Source: Alteromonas naphthalenivorans
GTDB lineage: Bacteria > Babelota > Babeliae > Babelales > CAIQNR01
Assembly (NCBI GenBank): GCA_047631715.1
Contig: JBLICC010000004.1
Span: 1 to 29,477 of the forward strand
Direction: 5' to 3'
DNA: 29,477 nt
The position numbers and the translations under genes are program-made. The notes under the pieces are model-generated. The model was not told the origin of the DNA. It was given only the letters and a program-made list of their open reading frames with translations, and did not search any database. This document shows, piece by piece, positions 1 to 9,154 of this stretch (position 1 is the stretch's first letter; each line of letters opens with the position of its first letter).

Positions 1-2
1 AA

Positions 3-92
3 AAAGTAGTTGTTGATATCTGGAATTATTGGTCTAAAAAAGAAACATCTCCTACTCGTACTACTGAAAAAACAACTCAATACTCTATTTAA
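3..92 (+). CDS. Partial CDS (3' end only), possibly a UDP-glucose/GDP-mannose dehydrogenase family protein
   Basis: The frame is open from the window edge: KVVVDIWNYWSKKETSPTRTTEKTTQYSI*, with TAA at 90-92. The 'VVDIWN' segment resembles the C-terminal VxDxxN motif of nucleotide-sugar dehydrogenases. It overlaps the next gene convergently by 8 bp. Only 29 residues are visible. Confidence 0.45.
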   Translation, partial: KVVVDIWNYWSKKETSPTRTTEKTTQYSI

Positions 93-1416
93 TACGACGG
101 CGAGAGATTCCAACATTAGAAAAAGCTGCATAGAGCACATAAATAATATTTAAAAGAAAAAAGAAAAAAACATTATTTGTATAACATGTCATATGGTCAC
201 ATAAAACATTAAGAGCCGTTTGATACCCTATTACACTTATCATTAAAAGAAAAAATAAATTACTTGTATAAAAAGCAGCAAATATTGCTACGGGTAATAA
301 TAAATAAGATGTCAGTGTTATATGAGATGCTAAACCTCGAGAAAAATGCTGTAAAGCAATGGCAAAAAAACGTAAAAAGTTTTTTGTTTTTTGTACTTTA
401 ATATCACTTCTATTTTCTCTTTCTATAAATTCTCCATTATAAACACCTTCTGTAACAACAAGATAAAAAGTATAGATACATTTTTTTACATATTCCCAAG
501 GATCATTTTTAATAAGTTCTAAAAACTTACTTTTTAAAACCTTATCTCCTTTATAATCCCATGTACAAGCACTTTCCCCATAAACATCGTCAACAAATTT
601 ATGTATTACAGGGCATCCATCACTGTTTATCGGTGCAATTCCCCATTTATTATTAGGGTATTTACCTAGTCCAGCTAAGCATACGTGACCCCCATTTGTA
701 GACGTTATTAAATAATGCCCACAAACTTTTTTAGTAAAGAAGGCCCAAGGAATAAGAAAACTATATAACATCAATGCCCATATCAATATTTTTTTACTAT
801 TCTTAATACTACACTGCGCCCAAAGAACAATGAGCATTATCCCAATAGGCATCAAAAAATAATCTGATCTAAAATTAAGAAGCAATCCAAATGCAATCGC
901 CGATAAAAATAAAGAAGGCCACTCTTCTTGTTTAATTCCTCTATAAAGAGCAGCTATAGACAAAACGCAAAGACTACTGGAAATACTGTAAGGCCACCGA
1001 ACTGAATGAAAAGCATACCAAGGAATACTTACTAAAAGTATTAACTTAAACAAACGAATATATGATTTTGGAAGAAGAGTATTTATTTCCATAGTACGTA
1101 TAAAATACCATACAGAAAATAAAGCTAGTGCAAACTGAATAGTCACTAAAGCAATATGATTCTCCGTTATAAGCATTATCCAACCATATCCCCATATAGG
1201 AAAAGTTAATGGCTCAGTTGTGGTAGTTGCAGAAAGATCAAACCAAGATTTAATAATTAATGCAAAATTTTTATAATAAATCTCTAAAGCACCTTTTCTT
1301 AGCTGTGCATCATAATTAAAATACAAAATAATAGGAGCAATACATGCCATACCAACAAGATAATAATGATCAATAAAACTTTTTAAATACATACTAAAAT
1401 TTTGCTGTGCTTTCAC
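85..1416 (-). CDS. Multi-pass membrane protein, putative GT-C fold (polyprenyl-phosphate-sugar-dependent) glycosyltransferase
   Basis: 443 aa with many hydrophobic segments. GTG start with AGGAG RBS. Motifs FPIWGYG, NFRSDY, STNGGHVCLAGLG and SDGC, plus a large soluble loop before the final TM helices, as in ArnT/PMT-like proteins. Confidence 0.6.
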   Translation of the reverse strand: MKAQQNFSMYLKSFIDHYYLVGMACIAPIILYFNYDAQLRKGALEIYYKNFALIIKSWFDLSATTTTEPLTFPIWGYGWIMLITENHIALVTIQFALALFSVWYFIRTMEINTLLPKSYIRLFKLILLVSIPWYAFHSVRWPYSISSSLCVLSIAALYRGIKQEEWPSLFLSAIAFGLLLNFRSDYFLMPIGIMLIVLWAQCSIKNSKKILIWALMLYSFLIPWAFFTKKVCGHYLITSTNGGHVCLAGLGKYPNNKWGIAPINSDGCPVIHKFVDDVYGESACTWDYKGDKVLKSKFLELIKNDPWEYVKKCIYTFYLVVTEGVYNGEFIERENRSDIKVQKTKNFLRFFAIALQHFSRGLASHITLTSYLLLPVAIFAAFYTSNLFFLLMISVIGYQTALNVLCDHMTCYTNNVFFFFLLNIIYVLYAAFSNVGISRRRIK

Positions 1417-1431
1417 TACTGCTCCTAATCT

Positions 1432-2685
1432 TTAAATAATTGTTGGATGAGGCAAAGGAACTATAAACTTACCTTTGTAACCTTTGTTTCGTAAATTAGT
1501 TATAAGTTCATCTGCAATATGCCAAGAAAGCAATAAAGCATATTCTGGTTGATCTTCAAAAAGTTTTGCTTCATCTACTACAGGAATAAGCGTTCCAGGA
1601 ATATATTTCCCTACCTTATGAGAACCTTTAATCTCTACCACACAATCCAATATTCCATCATCAAGCCCGGTATAGGTGATAAGTGTAGATGCACGCGAAG
1701 GAGCCCCTACTCCAAAAATACGTTCATCTTTATTTTTAATATCAGAAATAAGGGCATAAAGTTTAGAACGCGATTTTACCACTTCTTTCTTAAATAATTT
1801 AAGCCTATCTAGCGTAAGACTTTGTTCTTTTTCTTGAATTTCTTTTACTGACGCCTGAACAGAATAATTACCTGGACGCGCTGCATAAACTCTAATCGAT
1901 CCACCATGCGTTGGAATTGCCTTTGCATGAATAACTTCAAGACCATGCTTGTTAAGCAAGTAAGTTAAACTTTTTAAAGAATAATAACGCAAATGTTCAT
2001 GATAAATAGTGTCGTACTGAAGCGTTTCTATAAGAGGCAGTAAATAATGTGATTCAGAAACAAAAATGCCATCGTCGGTAAGAACATCTTTGATACTTGC
2101 AAGAATCTCGTTCACATCTTCCATATGAGCAAACACATTAGTTGCTGTAATTATTTTTGCTTTTCCATGCTCTTCTTTTACTCGAGCTGCAGTCTCTTTA
2201 TTAAAAAAATCTATAACTGTTGGTATGCCACGCTCTATTGCAAGTTTACCAATTTCTTCTGGTGTAATGCCGAGTACTTTAGTTTTATTTTTAAAATTAC
2301 TTAAAAGATTTCCGTCGTTCGAGCCAATATCAATGGTGAGATCTTCTGATTTTAAAGTAAATAACTGATTACACTCTTGAGCTAGATCTGCAAAGTTATC
2401 TCGTAATATTTTTGTAGTACTACTTGTATAGGGATATTCAGGTGGAAACAGAATATTAGGATCAACCAACAACCCAAGCTGTACTAATTCGCACTGTTTA
2501 CAAAATAATAAATTTGCAGGATAACTTGCTTCTTGCGCAGGAGTGCTTCCTTGCTTGCGCATAGTATTAACAGAAGGCAAATATCCTAAAAACAAAATAG
2601 GATCTAAATCGGTTGATTGGCATACTTGGCAAAATTCAACGGCAACACTTGCACCCGTATTAAAGGCTGTTTGTACGGTATTCAT
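1432..2685 (-). CDS. NDP-sugar C-methyltransferase (TylCIII/EryBIII/TcaB9-like class I SAM methyltransferase)
   Basis: Zn-binding CQVC...CKQC, DIGSNDG SAM motif, ATNVFAH, YDTIYHEH and HGGSIR motifs, and a C-terminal GAPSRA...LLLSWH...FIVPLP domain. I moved the start to the ATG at 2685 (MNTVQ), which has a purine-rich RBS and avoids overlap with the upstream gene. The ORF track extends to 2742. Confidence 0.9.
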   Translation of the reverse strand: MNTVQTAFNTGASVAVEFCQVCQSTDLDPILFLGYLPSVNTMRKQGSTPAQEASYPANLLFCKQCELVQLGLLVDPNILFPPEYPYTSSTTKILRDNFADLAQECNQLFTLKSEDLTIDIGSNDGNLLSNFKNKTKVLGITPEEIGKLAIERGIPTVIDFFNKETAARVKEEHGKAKIITATNVFAHMEDVNEILASIKDVLTDDGIFVSESHYLLPLIETLQYDTIYHEHLRYYSLKSLTYLLNKHGLEVIHAKAIPTHGGSIRVYAARPGNYSVQASVKEIQEKEQSLTLDRLKLFKKEVVKSRSKLYALISDIKNKDERIFGVGAPSRASTLITYTGLDDGILDCVVEIKGSHKVGKYIPGTLIPVVDEAKLFEDQPEYALLLSWHIADELITNLRNKGYKGKFIVPLPHPTII

Positions 2686-2702
2686 TACTTTCTCTCTCTT
2701 TA

Positions 2703-3680
2703 TTATATTTTTTGAACTTCTTGAGCATGTGCTTGATACCATGCTGTAGTTGCACTAATTCCATCTTTTAAAGAAATCTTTGGGCAAAATCCAAGGGCAC
2801 ACACTTTACTATTATCTGGACATCTTCGAGATACTGAACCTTGCGTGGTTGCTCCACCAATAATATGTACTTCTTTTTTAAAGTAATTACCAACTTCACA
2901 CGCAACATCTTTAATAGCAACCTCATTCATGGTTCCAATATGATACGTTTGTAAATGTTTGCCCTTTATAATCACATGCATAAGACCATCTATAAAATCA
3001 TCAATATAAATAAATGCACGCGTTTCTAATCCACCACCTTGAATAGGAAAATCAACCGTATCGGCATCTGTTTTTAGAGATATCTCATTCATACGCAATG
3101 CAAATTGAGGAATAACATGTTCCCATCCCATATTTGGACCATAAACATTAAATGGTCTAAATATAAGCACACGATCAAAATGCTTACGTCCATAATTAAT
3201 GGCTAACATCTCACTAATCATTTTACCTGCACCATATGAATAACGAGGATTTAAGGGATCCGGAATAATAAGAGGCACAGATTCATCCGTAGGGATACGT
3301 TCGGTAGATTGATAGACTTCTGAACTTGAAGCTAAAATAAGTTCTTTAATATTGTTCTCTATACAAGCATCAATAACATTCAGCATGCCACGCACACCCA
3401 CATCAAGAACAAGCTCCGGCATTTTGTAAAAATACTCTGTGCCGTTAATGTAAGCCAAATGAGCAACACTATCTATACCACTACAAGCTTTTTTTACTAT
3501 ATCAGCATTACGAATATCACCTTCTATAAACTCTATATCTTTATAAACATCACCAAGTTTTTCTATAGATCCACGAATATTATTGTCTAAAACACGAACA
3601 CTGTTACCTTCTTTTACTAAGCGCTTTACTAAAGCACTTCCTATAAATCCGGTTCCACCAGTAACTAAATACTTTTTCAT
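2703..3680 (-). CDS. NAD-dependent nucleotide-sugar epimerase/dehydratase/decarboxylase (extended SDR, UXS/ArnA-like)
   Basis: TGGTGFIG Rossmann motif, SSSEVY, PRYSYGAGK (YxxxK), RPFNVYGP and RRCPD. Confidence 0.85.
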   Translation of the reverse strand: MKKYLVTGGTGFIGSALVKRLVKEGNSVRVLDNNIRGSIEKLGDVYKDIEFIEGDIRNADIVKKACSGIDSVAHLAYINGTEYFYKMPELVLDVGVRGMLNVIDACIENNIKELILASSSEVYQSTERIPTDESVPLIIPDPLNPRYSYGAGKMISEMLAINYGRKHFDRVLIFRPFNVYGPNMGWEHVIPQFALRMNEISLKTDADTVDFPIQGGGLETRAFIYIDDFIDGLMHVIIKGKHLQTYHIGTMNEVAIKDVACEVGNYFKKEVHIIGGATTQGSVSRRCPDNSKVCALGFCPKISLKDGISATTAWYQAHAQEVQKI

Positions 3681-3693
3681 TACTCAAACTTTC

Positions 3694-4479
3694 TTATTTT
3701 ATAGCTGCCCCTAAAGGCACTTTTATTACTATTTTAGATCGTTGATAATTTGATGATCTAAGTTCTTTAATACCCCAAAAGAACCATTTAATATATTCTC
3801 TACACCATGCTATCACGTGCAAGCTAGACTCTCCGCCATACATACGATTAACCGAAACAATGGGATACTCCCCTAATCGTACTCCAAGCATTTGAACCTT
3901 TATGGCTAACTCAAAAGAAAAAGCCCACCCAACAGGGTTAGCCTCAAGATGAAGTTGTTCAAAAACTTCTTTATGAAACATTTTTACCCCAAAGGTAGGA
4001 TCGGTAAAAGCACCGCCCGCAAGATGATAAAAAAGGTAATTGGCTAAGGTAGAAATTTGCTTACCAATAAAAGCTCCACCCACATTCTTACCTCCATAGG
4101 CTTGACGAGTTCCATTAATAAAGTCACAACCTTGATCCATAAGAGCCACCATATTATTAATAGCAGGAATCGGACCAATATCATCAGCAGCAATAATCAG
4201 AATATATTCGCCTCTTGATGCCGCAACCCCTGATTTTACTGCATTAATAACACCACGCCCTCGTTGATTATACACAAGTCTAAGACCTGGATACTCCGAT
4301 TCAAAAGCTTTAACCACAGGAATGCTATTGTCTTCTGGAATATCATAGGTAATGAGCAACTCATGATCAATATCAACTAAAGCCTTAAAAATTTTTAAAA
4401 TAATTTTAAGACTATCTCCCTCATTAAATACTGGAACTACTATTGATAACTTTGGTGGATTTGAACTTTGCTTTTTCAT
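3694..4479 (-). CDS. GT2 glycosyltransferase, DPM1/ArnC-like polyprenyl-phosphate glycosyltransferase (no C-terminal TM hairpin)
   Basis: SIVVPVFNE, AVKSG, AADD, DFINGTR, FTDPTFGVK, FSFELAIK and a R..GESS tail typical of DPM-synthase-like GT2s. Confidence 0.8.
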   Translation of the reverse strand: MKKQSSNPPKLSIVVPVFNEGDSLKIILKIFKALVDIDHELLITYDIPEDNSIPVVKAFESEYPGLRLVYNQRGRGVINAVKSGVAASRGEYILIIAADDIGPIPAINNMVALMDQGCDFINGTRQAYGGKNVGGAFIGKQISTLANYLFYHLAGGAFTDPTFGVKMFHKEVFEQLHLEANPVGWAFSFELAIKVQMLGVRLGEYPIVSVNRMYGGESSLHVIAWCREYIKWFFWGIKELRSSNYQRSKIVIKVPLGAAIK

Positions 4480-5242
4480 TACTCTCTTTTAATTTTTTCC
4501 ATTTAGTTATATTCATAGAAGCATTTTTATACATCTTAAAAGACAATTCTTTTTGAATGTCTTCATACATAGTAGGTTTAAGATTCGGCTTATGTATTTT
4601 ATAGCGTTCATAGTCAGACATCGCCTTAGAACCTATATTAAGAGTTCCTACAAAATCATCTTCAACTACCACTTTAAGTGCTTTAATAAATTCTTCAAGT
4701 TCAAGTTTTGATGAAAACTGATCAATTGCAGCATCAGGAAATGGTATATTACGAGAATCAAAAAAACTTGTTCTTACAATACAAAAATCAGACAACACAT
4801 TAACCGCACACTCTGCTCCCAACTTTGCCCACCCATACGTATTATAGGGAATAGTAGGGCTCTCTTCAGAATAACCTCCTACATCACATGCATAGACAGC
4901 ATCAGTTGATATATGAATAAATCGAATATTTTCTTTAAGTCTTTTCTCTTTTTTTAAAACTGCTGATACAAGATTTGCTGTTCCAATGATATTTGCTTGA
5001 AAAGTAGTAACCGGATCTTTTTCTGCCAAACTTACACGAGCCTGAGCAGCGCAGTGAATAATCGTATCAAAAGAATTATTTTCAAAAAATGTTTCTACCG
5101 TCTGTGGCTTTGTAATATCAAAAACCTCTAATTCTGGGCATAATAATTCTCCAAAAAGTTTTGAATTTTGAATAAACGATCCAAGTTTTCCCGAAGCTCC
5201 TGTTAATAAAGTTGAGTTACTATAATGCTTATGAATCATCAT
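4424..5242 (-). CDS. RmlD-like NDP-4-keto-sugar reductase (SDR)
   Basis: TGASGKLG, IIHCAA, HISTDAVY, YSEESPTIPYNTYGWAKLGAE (YxxxK) and IVRTSF. Confidence 0.8.
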   Translation of the reverse strand: MMIHKHYSNSTLLTGASGKLGSFIQNSKLFGELLCPELEVFDITKPQTVETFFENNSFDTIIHCAAQARVSLAEKDPVTTFQANIIGTANLVSAVLKKEKRLKENIRFIHISTDAVYACDVGGYSEESPTIPYNTYGWAKLGAECAVNVLSDFCIVRTSFFDSRNIPFPDAAIDQFSSKLELEEFIKALKVVVEDDFVGTLNIGSKAMSDYERYKIHKPNLKPTMYEDIQKELSFKMYKNASMNITKWKKLKESNEKAKFKSTKVINSSSSI

Positions 5243-6134
5243 TTTTTCTTTTTTTAAACTTATTTAAGATAAAACAAATTAAAATTAAAATTAAAAATAA
5301 AACTGGACCAATACAAGTAAATACAAAATATAACCAATTAATAATCTCAAGATAATTATTAGGCACTCCATTAGGAGAAAAATAATACAACACAGGACCT
5401 TGCCAATAACGCAAAGGAAGCTGAATAATCTTACAAATACTATGAGAAGAAAAATCATTCCCATACTGAAACATCAAAACATTATTAAAATGCGCAAGCC
5501 AATAAATAGGATATGTTTCTAGCCGAGCTTTATAAGCAACTTCTCCATAAAAAACTGATCGTATATCTTTAAAAGATCCATCAAGTAGCGATTTTGCAAT
5601 ATCAGTCGCCCCCAGTAGGTGACCATCTCGTTCAAAACTTACATTAAATGTAGGATCATAAATAACCCACTTTCCATCTTGAAATACTTCAACCAAAGTA
5701 TGTGTTGCATAGGGATCACCAATATTTTTAACAACAAATAACTTTCGTGCTTTATACCCTTGTAGACGCAATGCATGCAAAAACAGCTCTGACATACCAT
5801 TACACGTTAACCCTCCACCCAATTTTGCATTAGTATAAAAATCTTTAACATGCTCAGACTTCCATTGAGTATTATTTTTTTTATCTACAAAATTCATAAT
5901 TTTTTGCATTATTTTAACAGGAGATTTTTCCGAAAATTCTTGTAATTCTTGAGGGGTTTCATAGGGATATCGATATTCAAGAGTATCAAAGTTTTGAACC
6001 GGAATTGTTCTTAATAAATGATTGTGATCTCGTAATAAATAAAAAACTCTGTATTCAAAAACAAAAATTAATAATAACATGCCTAGGCACACAGAATACA
6101 GGTTATTATAATTCTTTATTTTTAGTTTATTCAT
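5229..6134 (-). CDS. Membrane-anchored transglutaminase-like (Cys-His-Asp) domain protein
   Basis: GLTCNGMSELF...QGYKAR...THTLVEVFQDGKWVIYDPTFN matches the transglutaminase-like core pattern. There is one N-terminal and one C-terminal hydrophobic helix. Confidence 0.8.
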   Translation of the reverse strand: MNKLKIKNYNNLYSVCLGMLLLIFVFEYRVFYLLRDHNHLLRTIPVQNFDTLEYRYPYETPQELQEFSEKSPVKIMQKIMNFVDKKNNTQWKSEHVKDFYTNAKLGGGLTCNGMSELFLHALRLQGYKARKLFVVKNIGDPYATHTLVEVFQDGKWVIYDPTFNVSFERDGHLLGATDIAKSLLDGSFKDIRSVFYGEVAYKARLETYPIYWLAHFNNVLMFQYGNDFSSHSICKIIQLPLRYWQGPVLYYFSPNGVPNNYLEIINWLYFVFTCIGPVLFLILILICFILNKFKKRKNDDS

Positions 6135-7263
6135 AGGCTTGTTTCTTACTTAATACATTTAGAGCATGTACTATTGAATGTATTCCATATAATACTGCTA
6201 CACTTATAAAACCTAATAAATAAAGTGTATTAGGTATCGTCAATATTCCAGGCAAGGCACTTATGCACATCATGCCCCAATAAGATAACTCAATATACAA
6301 AGGCTTAGGGCGATAATAGGCAGCTAATAATCCAACATTAGTGAATAACAATAAGTAGTAAATCAATACGCCTAACTTTGCAAAAAACACTCTTAAAACA
6401 TAGTGCGGTGAACATAAACACAATTTTAGAACTTCATTACGCAAAACAGTTTCGTACTCTGGTTTTAAGTATCCTGCTGTAGGGTTTACTTGTTTTACTT
6501 TTTTTGCCGAACAAGCATCTGAAAAATAAAGGGTTTTATTATTAGTAATAAACCCAAGCCCCATATAAATATTGTGCCAAAAAGTATGCTGTATATTGTC
6601 TTTTTCAAATACATATCTCTGATCTTGTAAATAACTATTTCTCTGATTAATCATACTCTGAATATGTATATTAACTAACATCATACCCAAAAAAAGACAT
6701 CCTAGAAATAAGACTGTTTTGCGAGAATTTTTTAAAGAACATATAATTGCAATACTTACTCCAACCAATAATGGAAATCCAGAAAAGCTTCTAACAAAAT
6801 TGCCATATTCAACTATAAGACCAAGTAAAAAACTATATATAATTAATGTGCGATAACGCTTTTTTTCTAGTAATACGAGTACCCAAGGAAAAAAAGAAAC
6901 CGTAAAAAAATACGTTACATACACATCAGAAGCAAGCCATGCGACTATACCCATTGATACAATTCCAACTACAGTAATAACTTTTCCCAAAGTAGTTTTT
7001 GCAATTAAGAACAATGCTGTTCCAGAAGTCATAATAGCTATAGCAACTTGTCCAAATAAAAAATACCAAGTTGCACTCAAAGCTGAAATTGTAAAATGGA
7101 ATGCTATAAGCGGCACAAAATAAAACATACCCGCTTCTCCACCAAATGATTGCTCTACCGGAATAGGTTGTGTTCCATTATATTTAAGAAGAAATACGCC
7201 GGTGATTTGATACAGAACAGTTGCAGCTTTGAGTATTCCAATTCTGATGGGCATAAGATTCAT
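6127..7263 (-). CDS. Multi-pass membrane protein, paralog family A copy 1 (putative GT-C-like)
   Basis: 378 aa, hydrophobic, AGGAG RBS. Shares VRSFS, HTFWHNIYMGLGF, FSDAC, LRNEV, FAKLGV, PKP and SALPG.L..P..YL.GF with the ORFs at 10947, 14866 and 16042. Confidence 0.6.
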   Translation of the reverse strand: MNLMPIRIGILKAATVLYQITGVFLLKYNGTQPIPVEQSFGGEAGMFYFVPLIAFHFTISALSATWYFLFGQVAIAIMTSGTALFLIAKTTLGKVITVVGIVSMGIVAWLASDVYVTYFFTVSFFPWVLVLLEKKRYRTLIIYSFLLGLIVEYGNFVRSFSGFPLLVGVSIAIICSLKNSRKTVLFLGCLFLGMMLVNIHIQSMINQRNSYLQDQRYVFEKDNIQHTFWHNIYMGLGFITNNKTLYFSDACSAKKVKQVNPTAGYLKPEYETVLRNEVLKLCLCSPHYVLRVFFAKLGVLIYYLLLFTNVGLLAAYYRPKPLYIELSYWGMMCISALPGILTIPNTLYLLGFISVAVLYGIHSIVHALNVLSKKQAYE

Positions 7264-8200
7264 TTTTATACTCTCCTGTTATTTGCTCTACAATATACAA
7301 GGGACGTTGCTTTTGTTGCATATACATACGGCCAATATACTCTCCCACAAGCCAAGTAAGTAAAAATTGCACACCAGTAAAAATATAAATAATAGTTGTT
7401 AACCATTTAAACAATGGATACCGTGTTTCATAAAAAATAGCGTCATAGGTAATATATCCAAACATAAAAGCACCTGTAACAATTACAAAAGCACCAATAT
7501 AAGCCGCAATTTCTAATGGAAAAAAAGAAAAACCAGTTAAACCATCGAAACCTAATTTAAAGCTTTTTGCCCATGTATAACCTGGATCTCCAGCTACACG
7601 CTCTTGCCGATCAAAATCAATAAATGTATGCTTATAACCTGTCCATGCTACTAGTCCGCGCCAATAACGCGTTGGCTCTTGGGAAGAACTAATTGCCTGT
7701 AATACTTTTTTATCAATTAAACGAAAATCCCCAACATTACGTGGAATACGCACTTCTGCAATAGCATGTAAAAGTTTATAATATACATGTGCAACCGTAT
7801 CTTTTAGCCAGCCATCATTACGTGCTGTTCGTCGAGCATATACAATATAATAACCAGCTTCCCATTGTTTTAACATTTCAAAAATTAAACCTGGGGGATC
7901 TTGCAAATCTGCATCGAGCGTTATAATCGCATCCCCCTGAGCAACATCATACCCAGCAGCAAGTGCCATTTGATGCCCAAAATTACGAGAAAAAGAAATA
8001 CCTTTTATTTTTGTATCTTGCTTTGTAAACCCCTGGATTATTTTCCATGAATCGTCCCTACTACCATCATTAACAAAAACAATCTCCCATTCATAATGTT
8101 CCTTTATTTTCATAACCGCTTGTTGTAACTGCTCATGTAATAAAAAAAGCGTTTCTTGTTCATTATATACGGGAACAACAATAGAAATTAATTTTTTCAT
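7184..8200 (-). CDS. GtrB/YfdH-like GT2 bactoprenol-phosphate glycosyltransferase, copy 1
   Basis: IVVPVYNE, VNDGSRD, FSRNFGHQ, DADLQDPP, GDFRL, R.AG, two C-terminal TM helices and GEYIGR...RPLYIV. Confidence 0.9.
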   Translation of the reverse strand: MKKLISIVVPVYNEQETLFLLHEQLQQAVMKIKEHYEWEIVFVNDGSRDDSWKIIQGFTKQDTKIKGISFSRNFGHQMALAAGYDVAQGDAIITLDADLQDPPGLIFEMLKQWEAGYYIVYARRTARNDGWLKDTVAHVYYKLLHAIAEVRIPRNVGDFRLIDKKVLQAISSSQEPTRYWRGLVAWTGYKHTFIDFDRQERVAGDPGYTWAKSFKLGFDGLTGFSFFPLEIAAYIGAFVIVTGAFMFGYITYDAIFYETRYPLFKWLTTIIYIFTGVQFLLTWLVGEYIGRMYMQQKQRPLYIVEQITGEYKNESYAHQNWNTQSCNCSVSNHRRISS

Positions 8201-8212
8201 GACTCTCTCTTT

Positions 8213-9154
8213 TTAATGCTCTTCAAATCCAAGATGCTCATCAATAATATATAATGGTCGTTTTTTTTGTCTAAAATAAATCTTACCTACATACTTGCCC
8301 AAGAACCATAACAATAAACACTGTATACCCATGGCAATATATATCATTACAGAAAGCCACTTAAATAAAGGATAGTACGCTCCTCTAACTAAAGCATCCC
8401 ATGTTATATAACAAAACATAAACAAGCCTGTTGCACATACAAATAGCCCAACATATGCTGCAATTTCAAGTGGAAACAAAGAAAAACTGGTTAACCCATC
8501 AAAGGCTAACTTAATTAATTTTTTCCATGTATAGCCGGTTTCTCCCGCAATACGCTCTGGTCTTGTAAACTCTATAAAAGTGCTTCTAAAACCTGTCCAA
8601 GCAACAAGCCCTCTCCAATAACGCGAAATTTCTTTGCATTTTCTAATTTCGTGCACAACTTTTTTATCAAGAAGCCGAAAGTCTCCCACGTTTCGTGGAA
8701 TATCAATATCGGCAACCAATGCTAACAATTTATAATAAAGCGCTGCTGTAGAGTCTTTTAGCCACCCATCATTGCGAGCAATTCTCTTGGCATACACAAT
8801 CAAAAATCCTTGTTCCCATTTACGTATCATATCTAAAATAAGTTCCGGGGGATCTTGCAAGTCTGCATCTATCGTAATAACAGCATCACCTTGTGCATAA
8901 TCATGACCAGCAGTAAGAGCCATCTGATATCCAAAATTACGAGAAAAAGAGAGACCTACAACATGCTTATTGTCTTTTGACAACTCCTGAATCAAACTCC
9001 ATGAATTATCACGACTACCATCGTTAATAAATAATAATTGATAGTCATACGTATCTTTTATATCTTCGAAAATAACATATAATGCTTGATAGATAAGAGA
9101 AATGTTTTCTTCTTCATTATAAATGGGAATTACTACTGAGATGACTTTCTTCAT
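8213..9154 (-). CDS. GtrB/YfdH-like GT2 bactoprenol-phosphate glycosyltransferase, copy 2
   Basis: VVIPIYNEE, INDGSRD, FSRNFGYQ, DADLQDPP, GDFRL, RIAGET, two TM helices and KRPLYII. Confidence 0.9.
   Translation of the reverse strand: MKKVISVVIPIYNEEENISLIYQALYVIFEDIKDTYDYQLLFINDGSRDNSWSLIQELSKDNKHVVGLSFSRNFGYQMALTAGHDYAQGDAVITIDADLQDPPELILDMIRKWEQGFLIVYAKRIARNDGWLKDSTAALYYKLLALVADIDIPRNVGDFRLLDKKVVHEIRKCKEISRYWRGLVAWTGFRSTFIEFTRPERIAGETGYTWKKLIKLAFDGLTSFSLFPLEIAAYVGLFVCATGLFMFCYITWDALVRGAYYPLFKWLSVMIYIAMGIQCLLLWFLGKYVGKIYFRQKKRPLYIIDEHLGFEEH

Noticed and set aside
2686..2742. N-terminal extension of the C-methyltransferase ORF (MVSSTCSRSS...)
   Set aside because: It overlaps the upstream SDR gene. 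The ATG at 2685 has a purine-rich RBS and sits just before the conserved CxxC domain.
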